A DNA stretch of 61,953 bases, filler included, from Bipalium vagum (Eukaryota): assembly GCA_037834085.1 (NCBI GenBank). It is 3 parts of 3 records of this genome, joined end to end, with 100 filler letters (N's around TTAATTAATTAA, not from the genome) between each part and the next. Parts side by side here need not be neighbours in the genome. Positions count along the whole stretch, not along the records: positions 44,028 to 61,953 come from JBBMKC010046233.1; 2 more parts are not named here. One strand, 5' to 3'. Of the stretch, positions 60,708 through 61,953 are shown piece after piece; the first letter of the stretch is position 1; every line of letters starts with the position of its first letter. The notes under the pieces were generated by a model. That model was not told the DNA's origin. It did not search any database and worked only from the letters and a program-made list of their open reading frames with translations. The position numbers and the translations under genes were made by a program.

Positions 60708-60890
60708 TCACAGGAGCAATGGGAGCCTTCTTCTTATGATATCCGTCCTTCTCATTGTCACCTTGATCTGTCGATCCTTGGTCAAGGTCTCTTCCAACAT
60801 CATGGACAATTCCACAGCCGCACAATTTTCATATTCAAGGTAGGCGAAACCCTTCCGTCGTCGTTAATCTGTCAAGATTGTTATTCTGTT
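60708..60890 (-). pseudogene. PABPN1-like RRM pseudogene fragment
   Basis: NRITILTD*RRRKGFAYLEYENCAAVELSMMLEETLTKDRQIKVTMRRTD aligns by eye to PABPN1 [22 protein letters not shown]...LDESLFRGRQIKVIPKRTN. In-frame TAA at 60864-60866; no RNP2 half upstream. Confidence 0.7.
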
Positions 60891-61021
60891 ATATTTGTTT
60901 CGATTGTGAACTTTTATTATAATTTTTATTATTTATTTTATATTTTTATTATTATTAAGGAGAAGGAAAGGAAGAGGCAATGGAAAGAAGTCGGAAAATC
61001 AGTTTATTAAACAAAAGTCCC

Positions 61022-61607
61022 TCATCGAGATATGAGAAGTGCTTCGTTAGCCAGTGGAGGCTGCCAGACCCGGCCCTCATATTGCTTGGCGAATTGCTCG
61101 AAGTACATTCCGTCGACGGTCTTGCCGGTCCTGGTCTTCGCCTCCAGGTACAGCCCTGAACGGAAAGCATCAGAGAATAAACGAATACCGGTATGGACCC
61201 ACCAATATCGTCGTATGGAGGCAGGTATATCCTGCGGGAGCAGTCATCAATCGCCACGCCCAATTCCTTTTTCAGGGCGGCCGTGATAACCTGAGGCAGA
61301 GCTCACACCGGACAATCATTGACACCTTACCTTGACGTCGGCGAAGTTCGTGATGCCGATCCTGGGCAGGTTGGACTGGGTCATGAGGAACATCTTGCGA
61401 CCGTTGACGAAGTTGCTCCGGAAGCAGTCCTGTGGCGACGACGTTGTGTGATGAGGGTCATTGTGAGAACGGACTCACCTTGTAGTAGGGAAAGCCGATT
61501 CTGTCGACGAAGTCGGCAACGTCCTCCACGGACCAGTAGAGACAGCACGGCACCCGTCCGTTCTCGGCATCCTTCGACTGAACGCTAGTTTGGTCTGAAT
61601 CGGCCAT
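61022..61607 (-). CDS. SAMD15: SAM domain protein SAMD15-like, 149 aa, exons 61607-61479, 61429-61331, 61290-61203, 61155-61022
   Basis: Spliced product MADSDQTSVQSKDAENGRVPCCLYWSVEDVADFVDRIGFPYYK/DCFRSNFVNGRKMFLMTQSNLPRIGITNFADVK/VITAALKKELGVAIDDCSRRIYLPPYDDIG/LYLEAKTRTGKTVDGMYFEQFAKQYEGRVWQPPLANEALLISR*. Matches SAMD15 hallmarks (GFP.YK.CF..NF..GRK, SNLP..GITNF.D.K, DIGLYLE.K..TG). GT-AG introns of 49, 40 and 47 nt; AATAAA at 61003-61008. Confidence 0.92.
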
Positions 61608-61629
61608 TTGAAATTGGTTTCCAACTGTT

Positions 61630-61642
61630 GTCGCTTAGCAAC
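61630..61642. promoter_or_regulatory. RFX X-box motif upstream of SAMD15
   Basis: GTCGCTTAGCAAC fits the X-box pattern GTYRCY-N-RGCAAC, about 23 nt upstream of the ATG. Confidence 0.6.
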
Positions 61643-61876
61643 CACCGCGACAAACAAAAGTCTTATTTAAATTAAGGCCAACTCAGTATTGAAAATAAAT
61701 ATTTCTTTCTCGCAACAAACAATATCATGATAATACATTATTTATTATTAATATTATCCATGAAAATTTTCAATAAAGCTAAGTAATATTTTTAACTTTT
61801 TAACTTTAATTTTCCATATTTTTGGTGACCGTTTTCAATGAAGGGTACTGCTTAAAATATGTTGGGTTTCAATGTG

Positions 61877-61929
<53 letters not shown>

Positions 61930-61953
61930 TATTATTATTATTATTATTATAAT
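61877..61953. repeat. (AAT)n followed by (ATT)n microsatellite
   Basis: Direct observation; the two halves are reverse complements of each other. Confidence 0.95.

Noticed and set aside
60955-61657. Five overlapping unspliced ORFs in the GC-rich block
   Set aside because: All are explained by the spliced minus-strand SAMD15 gene.

Overview
AT-rich, intron-containing animal DNA; a free-living flatworm (triclad) is my inference from composition, very short introns and the TE repertoire. Two identical 100-nt linkers (44 N + TTAATTAATTAA + 44 N at 18071-18170 and 43928-44027) show the window is three artificially joined contigs. Contig 1 (1-18070): decayed Tc1/mariner-superfamily DNA transposons (a full-length DD41D element, pogo/Tigger and mariner relics), a Penelope-like fragment, a probable solo LTR and two exons of a DEG/ENaC channel gene. 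Contig 2 (18171-43927): the 3' 18 exons of DNAJC13/RME-8 followed by the first 4 exons of a FoxK (FHA + forkhead) gene, both on the minus strand and both cut by contig ends. Contig 3 (44028-61953): a patchwork of abutting TE fragments (mariner, Penelope, RLE-type non-LTR, Ty3/gypsy, Tigger), a PABPN1-like pseudogene fragment, an intact GC-rich 4-exon SAMD15 gene with an RFX X-box, and a ~2.55-kb intronless, GC-elevated, decayed single reading frame (51632-54180) that I cannot assign to a host or TE family. That island, a candidate endogenous viral element, is the most interesting item. No CRISPR, rRNA or tRNA genes were seen. All translations and exon boundaries were derived by hand; no database search was run.
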